Shown here in pieces: positions 31,261-41,700 of a stretch of DNA of 64,000 nt. Below the pieces are notes generated by a model that was not told the DNA's origin, made no database searches, and saw only the letters and a list, made by a program, of their open reading frames with translations. Each line of letters begins with the position of its first letter. The first letter of the stretch is position 1. A program made the translations under genes and the position numbers. Source of the stretch: an uncultured Candidatus Entotheonella sp. (GTDB taxonomy: Bacteria; Tectomicrobia; Entotheonellia; Entotheonellales; Entotheonellaceae); contig CBDCDA010000002.1 in the NCBI GenBank assembly GCA_965215335.1, forward strand, positions 864,001 through 928,000, in the 5' to 3' direction.

Positions 31261-34200
31261 GCACCGCCATCGCCGACGAACGCCAGCAGTCCCTGCTGAC
31301 CAGCAACGAGCCCGCCACCCTGGCGGGCGACGTGCAGCGCGTCGTCTTCCACAACGAGGAAACTGGTTACGCCGTCCTGCGCATTCTGCCGCGCGGCAGC
31401 CGCAAAGTCGAAACGGCGGTCGGCTTCGCAGCCATGCCCAGCAAGGAAGAAGCCCTGACCGCAGTAGGCGAGTGGACCGTCGACCCGACGCACGGCCGGC
31501 AGTTCAAGGCTTCCTACATGCGCCTGTCACCGCCGGTCGCCAAGGACGCCATCCGCGCCTACCTGTCATCAGGAGCCGTCCCCGGCATCGGCAAGGTCGC
31601 CGCCGGACAACTCGTCGACGCCTTCGGACATCAGGTCTTTGACGTGATCGAGAACAACCCGGAACGCCTGAAAAAGGTTCCCGGCATCGGCCCGCACCGG
31701 GCGCACGCCCTGTCCAAGGCTTGGCAAGAGCAAAAGGGCATCCGCAACCTGATGATCTTCCTGCACGAAGCCGGCGTCAGCCCGAAACGGGCACACGCCA
31801 TCTATCAGAAATACGAAACCGACGCCGTCCGCATCATGAGCGAAGACCCATACCGGCTGTGCGCCGACCTGCACGGCATCGGTTTCCAGACGGCCGACAC
31901 CATCGCCCGTAAATTGGGCCTCAGCCCCGAAGACCCACAGCGCCTGCGCGCCGGCCTTCACTACGCCCTGCGGGAAGGCCGGCGCAGCGGTCATACCGGC
32001 CTGCCGGCCGACGACCTGCTGACACAGATGGACAAGCTGCTCGACGTGCACAGCGACCTGAACCGCCGCGCCCTCAACGACGAGCACGCCGCCAAGCGGG
32101 TGGAAACCATGACAGCGCACGGCACCGACTGCGTCTTTCCCCGCTGGCTGCTGCGCCTGGAAGCCGACATCGCCGACCGCCTGGGCGTCCTGCTCAAAGG
32201 ACCGACGCCGTTCCATCGCGTCGACCTCGACGACCTCCTGAAGAAAACCCAGGCAAACAGCGGCCTGACGTTCGAAGACGACCAGAAGAAAGCCATCCGC
32301 CAAGTCCTGCAGCACAAGGTCTCCATCATCACGGGCGGACCGGGAACCGGAAAGACTAGGTTCAGGACTCATATCCAGAAGATGACCGTGGCAGCAAGGC
32401 AGATGGCACTGAAAAAGGTGTGCGCACACCGGTCATAGCGCGTGGCGATGCGACGCCAATCCTTGAGACGACCGAACAGGCGCTCGATGAGATTACGGCT
32501 CTTGTAAAGCTCCGTGTCGTAGACAATCGGCTCTTTACGATTGGCACGGCCTGGAATACAGGGCTTGATCTTGCGCTCGGCAAGCGCCTTGCGCAGCCGG
32601 TTGCTGTCATAACCCTTGTCGGCAATCAGCACGTCGGCCTCCGGCAATGCGGGCAGCGCCATGTCCGCCCCGCGATAGTCGCTGACCTGGCCCGCAGTCA
32701 ACACCATGACGACGGGCTTGCCGTCGCCGTCGCAGACGGCGTGAAGTTTCGAGTTGAGGCCGCCTCGGGTACGCCCGATATGACGCGGAAAAGCCCCCCC
32801 TCAAGCAGGCTGGCAGCGGTGCGATGCGCCTTGAGATGCGTGCTGTCGATCATGACGGTCTCGGTGGCCGTGCTGTCGGCGGCCAAGGTTTGGAAGATGC
32901 GGTCGAAGACACCGGCCTTGCTCCAGCGCACGAAGCGGTTGTAGAGCGTCTTGTGGGGACCGTAGCAGGCGGGCGCGTGGCGCCACATCAGACCGTATCG
33001 AATGACGTGGATGATGCCGCTGATGACTTTTCGGTCATCGACGCGTGGGACGCCCCGCACCTTGGTGGGTAGCAGGGGTTTCAGGCGGGCAAACTGCACG
33101 TCGGATAGCCAGAAGCAGTGATCGGGCATGATGAACCTCCTTATGAAGTTAGGGTCTTGAATCCTACATGATCAATGATACCCTTTTATAGGTCCTGAGC
33201 CTACGCTGGTCCGCGCCCTTCTGCAGGCAGCCAATCAGGCCCGCCTCCGCACCCTCACCTGCGCGCCCACCGGACGCGCCGCCAAGCGCCTGAGCGAAAC
33301 CGCCAGCTGCCATGCCATGACCATTCACCGGTTGCTGGAGATGAACCCGCGCACGCGCCGCTTCGAGCGCGACCGCGACAGGCCCCTGCCCTGCGACCTG
33401 CTGGTAGCAGACGAAGCCTCGATGATCGACGTGCCGCTCATGGCGGCACTGCTCGATGCCGTGCCTGTCGGCAGCGCCCTGGTAGTAGTCGGAGACGTGG
33501 ACCAGCTACCGTCAGTCGGCACCGGCCAGGTACTCAAGGACCTCATCGAAGCAGAGGCCCTGCCGGTCACCCGACTGTCACACGTCTTTCGACAGGCACG
33601 CCAGAGCCGGATCGTGCGCAGCGCCCACCGCATCAACGAAGGACACGTGCCCGACCTGTCGAACCCACCTGCCGACGCGCCGCCAAACGATTTCTACTTC
33701 GTGGGAGCGCGCGACCCGCTGCACACCCGCGAGCTCATCTGCGACCTGGTGTCGCAGCACATTCCGCGACGCTTCGGCCTCGACCCGGCACACGAGGTGC
33801 AAGTGCTATGCCCGATGAAAAAAGGCGCCGCCGGCACCCAGGCGCTCAACGATGCGCTGCGCGAGACCCTGAACCCGAAGGCCGGCGATCCGCTCACCAC
33901 CCTGCGGCATGGCCTCATAAGCTTCAGCACCCACGACCGCGTCATGCAGACCGAGAACGACTACGAAAAGGAAGTCTTCAACGGCGACACCGGCACCGTC
34001 GAGGCCGTCCGACCGGACGGCCTCGACGTGAACTTCGACGGCCGCCTGGTTCATTACCGACCGCGCGACCTGAACAGCCTCACACTCGCTTACGCCATGA
34101 CCATCCATAAAAGCCAGGGGTCGGAATACCCTTGCGTCGTCGTACCCTTCCTGACCGAGCACTACGTGATGCTGCAGCGCAACCTGGCCTACACCGCCAT

Positions 34201-34336
34201 CACCCGCGCCCGCCGCCTGGTGATTCTCGTCGGCCAACCAAGGGCGCTGGCCCTTGCCTGCCGCAACGCCGGTGCGCGCAAGCGCTGGTCGGGTCTGAGC
34301 GACTGGATGCAGAAACTCCTGGAAAAGACGATATGA
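31257..34336 (+). pseudogene. recD2: RecD2/TraA-family SF1B helicase interrupted by IS5
   Basis: HNEETGYAVLR, HhH GIG motifs, GGPGTGKT|TLV, APTGRAAKRL, DEASM, GDVDQLPSV, AYAMTIHKSQGSE, YTAITRAR. Confidence 0.92.
32359..33201 (-). mobile_element. IS5-family (IS427-like) two-ORF element
   Basis: IRs GGTTCAGGAC / GTCCTGAGCC, TA duplication; orfA 33129-32698, orfB to 32369 (IADKGYDS, RNLIERLFGRLKDWRRIATRYD). Confidence 0.93.
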
Positions 34337-34920
34337 ACACCAACCCCAACAACACCTGGTTTCCTACCCGATCGGGCCTCCGCTTCGAGCTGGAAGCACC
34401 GACCACCGACATGATCCATTGGCCCGACGTCGCTTGGAGCCTCGCCAGCCAGTGTCGCTTCAACGGCCATACCGAACGGTTCTACAGCGTTGCCGAACAC
34501 TCCCTGGGGGTGGCCCGCTTGCTGCCCACGCCGCTCCAGACATACGGCCTTCTCCACGACGCCCACGAAGCGTACGTTGGCGATCTGGTGCAGCCACTGA
34601 AAGACATCCTGTTCAAAGATCCAGCGCTGGGCGCCCTCTGGAAACGCATCGAGCACGGCATCGACCGCGCCGTGTACACCAAGGCCGGCCTGCCGATGCC
34701 GACTGCGGAAGAAGCCGCACAAGTCAAAACCGCCGACCTGCGCATGCTGCGGACCGAACGCCGCCAGCTCTTCCCGGACCACACGGAGTGCTGGGCCATC
34801 GACAAAACCAATTACCAGGAAGCAACCTTCAGGGTCGGCCTTCTGTCGCCGCCCCAGGCCGCCCAAGCATGGCTCAACGCATTCGCCTTGAAGATCCCGA
34901 CCGTTCCCTATAATCCATAG
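34333..34920 (+). CDS. HD-domain phosphohydrolase (phage YfbR-like 5'-deoxynucleotidase)
   Basis: CRFNGH..FYSVAEHS, LLHDAHEAYVGD, AD..ML.TE; ATGA overlap with recD2 stop. Confidence 0.85.
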   Translation: MNTNPNNTWFPTRSGLRFELEAPTTDMIHWPDVAWSLASQCRFNGHTERFYSVAEHSLGVARLLPTPLQTYGLLHDAHEAYVGDLVQPLKDILFKDPALGALWKRIEHGIDRAVYTKAGLPMPTAEEAAQVKTADLRMLRTERRQLFPDHTECWAIDKTNYQEATFRVGLLSPPQAAQAWLNAFALKIPTVPYNP

Positions 34921-34921
34921 C

Positions 34922-36214
34922 ATGGGAAAAACCGCCAGCCCCGCGCCCCTTTCAAGAGCGCCCCTCACCTTTAGTATCATCCTGCTGTGCCTGGCCCTCA
35001 CGGGCCAGGCACAGCCCGAACAGACCTTCACAAACCAGCCCGAACAGGCCTTCCTCTTGGGCATGCAAGCACTCAGCGACGCGCAAACCGCCGACCCACA
35101 ACGCCGCCGCCATCTCTACCGCCAGGCCGAACGCCTGTTCCACGGCATCCTCGTACGCTACCCCAACAACCAGCGGGTACGCCTGGAACTGGCCAGGACG
35201 TTCTTCCTGCAAGGCAAGGACCACCTCAGCCGCCAGCACTTCGAACGCGTCCTCGCAGGAGGAGAACTACCCGTCCCGGTCATGCAGAATATCTACGCTT
35301 ACCTGCACGCCATCCAGGCGCGCAAGCGCTGGCGCGGCTACCTGGGCGCCGCCCTCGCCCCCGACTCCAACCTGAACGCCGCCTCCGACGACAACGTCGT
35401 CTATATCGACACCCTGTTCGGCCGCCTGCCGTTCGAGTACGAAAGCCCCCCTGAAGCGCGCTCCGGCCTGGGACTGGTCCTGTGGACCGGCGGCGAGCAC
35501 CTGAAACCTCTGGGCAACCGCCTGCGCCTACGCCTGGGCGCAGATCTGCACACCCGGCTCTACGAAGACAGCCACTTCAATCATACGTACCTGAGCGTCT
35601 GGGCTGGCCCCCAGCTACACGCCGCCGCCGACATAAGCCTCCTGGCCTCGGCCTCCCGCCAGTGGCTGAACGACCAGCCGCTCAGCGACGAAGGCGCCCT
35701 GCGCCTGGAAATCACTTACGGCCTGGCGCCCGGCTTGCGCCTGCACGGCGCCCTGACGTACCGGGAACGGAGCTACGACACGTTACGCAACCATCTGAAC
35801 GGCCCGGGCAGCGGCTATACCATACGCCTCAGCTGGCTTCCGGCGCCAATCTTCCAACTGGACCTGCACGCCGGCGCAGACAAGGAACACACGGCCGTCG
35901 ACATTTGGCGGACCACCACCCGCTGGCTCGCCGCCAGCACCACCCTCGACCTGCCGGCCGGCTTCACCTTGGGCGCCAGCATCCAGGTCCGCCGGACCCG
36001 ATTCGACGGCCCCGGCTACGCCCATCTGACGCTCCACGGACGCCCGCGCTTCGACCGCACCCGAACGATCAGCCTGACCATCCTCAACCGCGCCGTCACC
36101 CTCTACGGCTTCAGCCCGCAACTGACCCTGAGCCATGAGATGCGCCTGACCAACGCGCAGACGCAGGGCTTCGACCGCAGCCGCGCCGAGCTCAGCCTGC
36201 AGCGCCAGTTCTGA
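34922..36214 (+). CDS. surface lipoprotein assembly modifier (Slam/DUF560) outer membrane protein
   Basis: Signal peptide, TPR RVRLELARTFF, APDSNLN motif, beta-barrel ending in C-terminal Phe. Confidence 0.85.
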   Translation: MGKTASPAPLSRAPLTFSIILLCLALTGQAQPEQTFTNQPEQAFLLGMQALSDAQTADPQRRRHLYRQAERLFHGILVRYPNNQRVRLELARTFFLQGKDHLSRQHFERVLAGGELPVPVMQNIYAYLHAIQARKRWRGYLGAALAPDSNLNAASDDNVVYIDTLFGRLPFEYESPPEARSGLGLVLWTGGEHLKPLGNRLRLRLGADLHTRLYEDSHFNHTYLSVWAGPQLHAAADISLLASASRQWLNDQPLSDEGALRLEITYGLAPGLRLHGALTYRERSYDTLRNHLNGPGSGYTIRLSWLPAPIFQLDLHAGADKEHTAVDIWRTTTRWLAASTTLDLPAGFTLGASIQVRRTRFDGPGYAHLTLHGRPRFDRTRTISLTILNRAVTLYGFSPQLTLSHEMRLTNAQTQGFDRSRAELSLQRQF

Positions 36215-36218
36215 CCCC

Positions 36219-36398
36219 ATGCCCATGACACTCTTTTTCGCCCGATCTCGGGACGTGCCGAAACCACTCCGCGATGACGTCGACCGTGTCCAGTACCTGA
36301 ACCTGTGGGGCTACGACCACGCCCGCATGACCCGGGCGCCGGCGGCCGTGCGCTGCGACGCCTTGTACTCATCACCGTCATGGCAGTCGCTGTCATGA
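36219..36398 (+). CDS. 59-aa hypothetical protein
   Basis: Fills the gap between Slam and next ORF; manual translation MPMTLFFARSRDVPK... Confidence 0.3.
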   Translation: MPMTLFFARSRDVPKPLRDDVDRVQYLNLWGYDHARMTRAPAAVRCDALYSSPSWQSLS

Positions 36399-36414
36399 AA
36401 GAAAGCCGAAAGCC

Positions 36415-36888
36415 ATGAACGAACAAACACCACCCAGCCCGGGACTCATGCTGGCGCGCGTTCAGAATCGCTTGGCACCATGGACCGATGGACCAAGCGC
36501 AGACCGCCCGGCTGACGCCGCATACGTCCTGCCCATCCTCGATGAGGCAATCCGGAACCTGGAAGACCCCAGAAACCGCCACGACGCACGTATCCTCGCT
36601 TTTCTGGTCACCTGCCTCGCCGGGAACCCGGAAGACACGCAGCGGCGCCTGGTCGAGATTTGCGAGGATGCAAACGGCGAGGCCCAAGCCACAGGCACGC
36701 AGGAAGAAAAGGAACTGCTTTGCAAGGCCGTCCGCCAAAGCTTCCCCGAAGACGAAAGCCTCATCCACACCGCAGAAACGTTCCGGGATAGCCCCAAGGC
36801 CTGGAACGTCAACCTGGAAACCCCAGGAAAAAGCCAGTGGCTCATCTACCTGGAACGCCTCGTAGAAAAGAGCGAGACCGGGAAATGA
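36415..36888 (+). CDS. hypothetical protein
   Basis: 157 aa ORF co-oriented with neighbours, ATGA overlap with next gene. Confidence 0.55.
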   Translation: MNEQTPPSPGLMLARVQNRLAPWTDGPSADRPADAAYVLPILDEAIRNLEDPRNRHDARILAFLVTCLAGNPEDTQRRLVEICEDANGEAQATGTQEEKELLCKAVRQSFPEDESLIHTAETFRDSPKAWNVNLETPGKSQWLIYLERLVEKSETGK

Positions 36889-37409
36889 CCGACGAGCGTT
36901 CAAGACACGCCATCCTCGCGGCCCTGCGCAACCAGCCGTTCCAGGTCTCGGGCCTGGCACTGCGGACCCAGGCAATCAGCTACGCGCACCTCGCCAACAT
37001 CCTGTAAACCGCCGACTGGCTGCGGAGCAAGTGCATCCTCGTCCCTCCCGCACCTGGGGCAAGACCACCGTTCGCCCCGGAATACCGCAAGCGCACCTTC
37101 AGGAAAGCAGGCAGCCCTATCGTGACCGCCACGCCCGTCGGCCTCGTCGAGGCGGCCGAAGACGTGCACCACAACCGATGCGACCGCCTGTGCCAATGGC
37201 GCTTCGAGCATCCCTCGGACGAAAGGCTGCTGTACGACGCGGCGTGCATCGCGGCGCACGCGGGGCAAAACCTCACACGGGCCAAGCGCCTCGAAAAACG
37301 AAACCAGGCGATGAAGCCGTTCGACGCCGCGTTCTACCAATTCCTGGAAAGACTGGCAGAAGAGAAAACCGTGCCGCTGGGCATACCCACGGACCTCACA
37401 CCTGCTTGA
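36885..37409 (+). pseudogene. hypothetical protein with premature stop
   Basis: ATG 36885 is in frame with ORF 37122-37409; single in-frame TAA at 37005-37007. Confidence 0.5.
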
Positions 37410-37625
37410 CTTTGCCAAGCGATTTACGAAAGATGGCCTCAACAAAGGCGACCGTCATCTCGACCACGACGCCGCAGCTTCGTCAAGCATTGCTGAACAA
37501 CCAGGCGGCAATGTTCTGAAGAGTCTGAAAATCAGCGTGGTTCTTCGGAGCCACACGTGCCGGATCTCCAAACCGCATCCGGCGGCAAGAAATTCTCATG
37601 CCGCCGCCGCGGCGAGGAGAAGGTG

Positions 37626-37946
37626 ATGAACTTGATATTCGATCCCGTAACCCAGATTCTCCAAAATGGTGGAGAATTCAACCTCAATGCCGCCGTCGCC
37701 GCGACGGTCGGCATCGGCCAGATTCTCATGTTCTGGTACGGCATTCACCGAATGAACCAGAACAACAAGGAACGTATGGCCGAAGCAAGAGAAGAGGCCG
37801 AGCGACGCGACAAACAAGACGAGAGGCGCCATAATGAAGTCATGACCTCTCTCGCTCAAGAAAGCCGGGCCCTTGAAACCCTGATCGAACGGACTGCTCC
37901 AACACAACGCGAAGATACACCTCGCGTGATCTTGGCAGTAAGGTAG
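37626..37946 (+). CDS. small membrane-anchored coiled-coil protein
   Basis: GAGGAG RBS, one TM (AAVAATVGIGQILMFWYGI), charged helix RRHNEVM..LETLIERT. Confidence 0.7.
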   Translation: MNLIFDPVTQILQNGGEFNLNAAVAATVGIGQILMFWYGIHRMNQNNKERMAEAREEAERRDKQDERRHNEVMTSLAQESRALETLIERTAPTQREDTPRVILAVR

Positions 37947-37955
37947 CCATTCCAC

Positions 37956-37981
37956 AGCGCCGCGTCGTATGACGCGGCGCT
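37956..37981 (+). terminator. stem-loop after small membrane protein gene
   Basis: AGCGCCGCGTC-GTAT-GACGCGGCGCT. Confidence 0.55.
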
Positions 37982-38795
37982 TCCCTCCTTAAAGACGCCG
38001 CATCTGCTGAACGGTTCACCTGCTTCCCCTACAGCACCGATCAGCCATCGCCACCAGACCGTCAGGAGCCCCTTGCGGACCCATTCCCAAACAAAAGACC
38101 AGACAGCATCATCCCCGAGCCCGCACGTCCGCCCTGCCGGAGACCCCGCCCCATGACCGTCCCCAAACCGTTCAATCAAGACAGAATGAACTCTCAACCC
38201 ACAAGAAGGCCAGACCCTCATGCGAACACCCACCCGCGTTTCCATCCTCTGCCCTCTGCGGCGACCTCCAGGTAAAAAGCTGCCTCCACAGCCTCGGCCA
38301 TCACATTGATTATTACTGCTTCAGCGTCGGGAACTGCCTCTGCCCGCCCGGACGAACCTTCTCCCTACTCGGAAGCAACATGTGCGGCTTAACCGCCGTC
38401 GACACCCTCACCAACGACATCCGCTACGACGGCGGCCGCCACAGCGGAACCCTGAGCAATGCCTACCAGGTCAGCTTCCAACAGACGTGCCACGCGATTG
38501 TTTCTCCATGGGCCGACCGCGGCTTTCCCGACCTGCAAATCTCACAGGCCACCGGAAAAGTGGCTCGCCAGCCTCAAGAAGATGCCAAACGAAAACCACC
38601 TGCGCTCCATGACCAAGGACTTCGCCAGGCAAACCGCGGACATAGCGCGAAGCCTGCGCATCGAGCAGACGAAGAAGGAATGGCCCTTCACGCTTCCGAA
38701 CAAGTCGGAGAAATCAGCATGAACGTTGAATCATCACGTTTCCGGGACGTCGCAGACCGTATTGACAAGTACGCCGATAAATTACGCACCGATGC

Positions 38796-38831
38796 AAGGG
38801 CGGACGCTTCCTGCAGGAAGCGTCCGCCCTT
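38796..38831. repeat. perfect 36-bp palindrome (terminator-like)
   Basis: AAGGGCGGACGCTTCCTG|CAGGAAGCGTCCGCCCTT followed by TTT. Confidence 0.8.
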
Positions 38832-38921
38832 TTTCGACATTCTGAAACCCTTTCCAAACCTTGACTCAACACCCCATCTTATTTCACCATGTACTTACCC
38901 CAATAAAGAAAGGAAACACCC

Positions 38922-39314
38922 ATGAATGACCGAATGAGTAGCGAAATGATAGCGATCCTTGGGGTTGGCGCGACGGTTCTGGTTATCGGCGTGACGATCC
39001 TGGCACTCGGCTGGAACATGTACAGCAGTCTGAACAACAGCTTGAATAGCCGCATTGACGGACTGAACAACAGCTTGAATAGCCGCATTGACGGACTGAA
39101 CGGTCGCATTAACCAGGTGCAGGCCGAAAACCAGCGCCAACACGACGCCACACGAGATGAGGTCAACCAACTACGAACCGAGATGAACCGGCGCTTCGAT
39201 ACGATGCAGACCGAGAACCAGCGCCAGTACGACGCCATCAAGGAGGTCCTGCGCGTCTTTGAAGGACGCATCACCCGCCTTGAAGAACAGACCGACATCG
39301 AACCCACCGAATAA
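38922..39314 (+). CDS. membrane-anchored coiled-coil protein with 11-aa tandem repeat
   Basis: AAGGA RBS, N-terminal TM, LNNSLNSRIDG x2 (33-bp exact duplication 39030-39095), C-terminal RITRLE. Confidence 0.8.
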   Translation: MNDRMSSEMIAILGVGATVLVIGVTILALGWNMYSSLNNSLNSRIDGLNNSLNSRIDGLNGRINQVQAENQRQHDATRDEVNQLRTEMNRRFDTMQTENQRQYDAIKEVLRVFEGRITRLEEQTDIEPTE

Positions 39315-39326
39315 CTCCCTCAACGC

Positions 39327-40025
39327 TCAAACAGAACATTTGAGAACCAGAAAACGGTAAACGGGAACAGAAAACCTGCCCCCGAGACCAAAAGAAAACA
39401 AGCTGACGCGCGATTCAACCCGCTCAAAAACCCCCTCCACAAGCCCGACATACCCTCCCACCTCACGAACAAACCGCCCGCGGTCGTGACGAGCCAGCCA
39501 GTCCGGCACGACGAAGACGTTTCCAGGAGAAAAGAACCCATCAAGCGTCAGCAGAAAACCGCCAAGGGAAAGCGCCCCTCTTGCTTCTTCCAGAAGCCGG
39601 GATGCCACACCGTCGTCCAGGTGATGAAGAACACCCAGCGCCAAGACCAGATCGAAGGTCTCCAGACCGTCAGGAAGAAACGACCCCCGAGAGCCGTCCC
39701 GGAGATAAAACGACGCCGAAACACCGAAACGGGCGGCACGGCAGCGCGCCCGCCGCAGATAACCCGCGTTCATGTCCACCCCAACGTAGGCCGCAGGCCG
39801 AAGAAACTTCAGAGCACTCCCGGTGCCACAGCCAAGGTCAAGGACACGAAGTGAAGAAGACGACGGCAAAAGAGACGAAACGGCTTTCACAACGCAGGCA
39901 TGCGCCCCGGTCCCGGACTGAAACGAGTCAAAAAGCAGCCCGGAAGCAAGAAGTCTCTCCGTGAGCCAATTCACCATGCCATCCAACCTCGTAATTCCGG
40001 CGCTCAGTCTGCATCCGCTGGCCAC
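39327..40025 (-). CDS. class I SAM-dependent methyltransferase (start may be ~39977)
   Basis: VLDLGCGTG, FDLVLALGVLHHLDD, DRGRFVR. Confidence 0.8.
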   Translation of the reverse strand: MASGCRLSAGITRLDGMVNWLTERLLASGLLFDSFQSGTGAHACVVKAVSSLLPSSSSLRVLDLGCGTGSALKFLRPAAYVGVDMNAGYLRRARCRAARFGVSASFYLRDGSRGSFLPDGLETFDLVLALGVLHHLDDGVASRLLEEARGALSLGGFLLTLDGFFSPGNVFVVPDWLARHDRGRFVREVGGYVGLVEGVFERVESRVSLFSFGLGGRFSVPVYRFLVLKCSV

Positions 40026-40172
40026 CGAGTTCCCGACCCGCTACGCGCTCGCCAACCACGCCTCTATGTCCATGCCGCTCTATTCCCTCTACGAATCCGA
40101 CAGCCTCGCCAGCTTCGACGACAAGGCCGTCATCCAGGCAGTCCGAAGCCCGCGACCACTGCCCTGACTATT

Positions 40173-41700
40173 GTAAGCGTTCAGGGGGGCCAAGTGTGCA
40201 GGTATCTATTGCATGACGGCCCTATTATGGGCTACGGTCACACTCGTTTTTCGCTCTCCCGTTGTCCTTCTCAGGAAGTCCCGAACGGAACCGTCGATAC
40301 CGCCTGAGTCGCTGTCGCAAACCGATTGGCAGCACACACCACCGGCTGTACAAGCCTATCTCTTCACCCTGCACCAACGCCTGGCCCAACTCCAGGAACA
40401 AATCGACCAACTCCAAAAGCGCTTGCAACGCACGTCCAAGACAACCGACAAACCACCCTCGTCGGATTCACCCTTCCAAAGACCTGTCAGCAAGCAAGAC
40501 AAGCCCCCAGGCAAACGGGGCGCACGAATGGGCCATCCTGGGTCAGGCTCCAGATTGCTCCGTCCCACCGAGCGGCGGGCCATCCATCCCGGACCTTGTG
40601 CCTGCGGCCAGGGCGTACCTGGCCAGACAGCGCCGTATCACCTCCATCAGGTCATGGAGTTGCCACCCATGGCGTTGCACGTCACCCACTAGGTCTTGCA
40701 CCAAGGCCGATGTTCAGGCTGTGGCCGGCTGCTCAAGGCCCGCCTCCCCAAGGCGCAGCAAACCGGCTATGGCCCGCGTCTGACGGCCTTGATTGGCGAA
40801 CTCAGTGCCATGCACCGCATCTCCCGGCGCGGCGTACAGGATTTCTGTCGCTCGGTGTTGGGTGTGCCAATCAGCCTGGGGGCGATTCAGCGTCTCATCG
40901 ACCGTACCTCCCTGGCTATTGTGCCGCACGATGCGGCCATGGCTCGCTTGGCCCGCAAGGCACGGGTGGGCTACGTTGACGAGATGCCCTGGTACTGCCG
41001 CCATGCCTTGCAATGGCTCTGGAGCATGGTCACGGATACCGTCGCCCTGTACCGTATTCATCCCAAGCGTTCGCAGGAAGCCTTCGGGTCTTTGATCAAG
41101 GATTGTCGCGGCATCCTGGTCAGTGACGGCTACGGGGTGTATCAAGCCTGGGGCAATGCTCGTCAGACCTGCTTGGCGCATCTCATTCGTCGTGCCCGGG
41201 AGTTGTCGCAGCGACAGGTTCCTGGCCTTGCTGCCTGTGGCAAGGCGGTCTTGCAGGAACTCCAGCGTTTGTGTCAGATGGCTCACGCGCCGCCAAGTGG
41301 GGGGGCAATGGCAGGCATGGTATGCGCGGTTGTGTCGTCTGATGAAACGCCATGGGCTGCGCCCTGATGATGGCGGTCGTCTGGTGAGGTGCTTACGGCG
41401 CGAGTTGGGTTCGTTGTGGGTGTTTCTCAACGAGTCGGGAGTTGAGCCGACCAACAACCGGGCGGAGCGCGCCTTGCGCTTTGGCGTGTTGTGGCGCAAG
41501 AGTTCCTTGGGTACGGCGAGTATCAAGGGCAATGCCTGGGTGCAACGGAGTCTGTCGCTGCGTCAGACATGTCGGCAACTGGAACAATCGACCTTCTCGG
41601 TGTTGGTTGACGCCCTTGAGGCGTTCATGCACGACCGTCCGCCTGACCTCTCTTGGCTCTACGATAACCCCTCCCATTGCACGGCCCTCTGAACGCTTAC
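40173..41700 (+). mobile_element. IS66-family element, transposase inactivated
   Basis: IRs GTAAGCGTTCAG / CTGAACGCTTAC; PPSSD, VSDGY, CLAHLIR, PTNNRAERALR; TAG at 40690, frameshift at G7 41299-41305; no 8-bp TSD. Confidence 0.92.

Noticed and set aside
34333..34920. DatZ-like dATPase suggesting a Z-base (2-aminoadenine) pathway
   Set aside because: No purZ, mazZ or polymerase gene nearby; a generic phage HD nucleotidase is sufficient
37595..37603. Partial third copy of the island direct repeat (CTCATGCCG)
   Set aside because: Only 9 bp in GC-rich DNA and not at a gene-content boundary; compatible with chance
25841..40172. Intact prophage or conjugative element
   Set aside because: No capsid, terminase, tail, integrase, relaxase or T4SS genes recognisable
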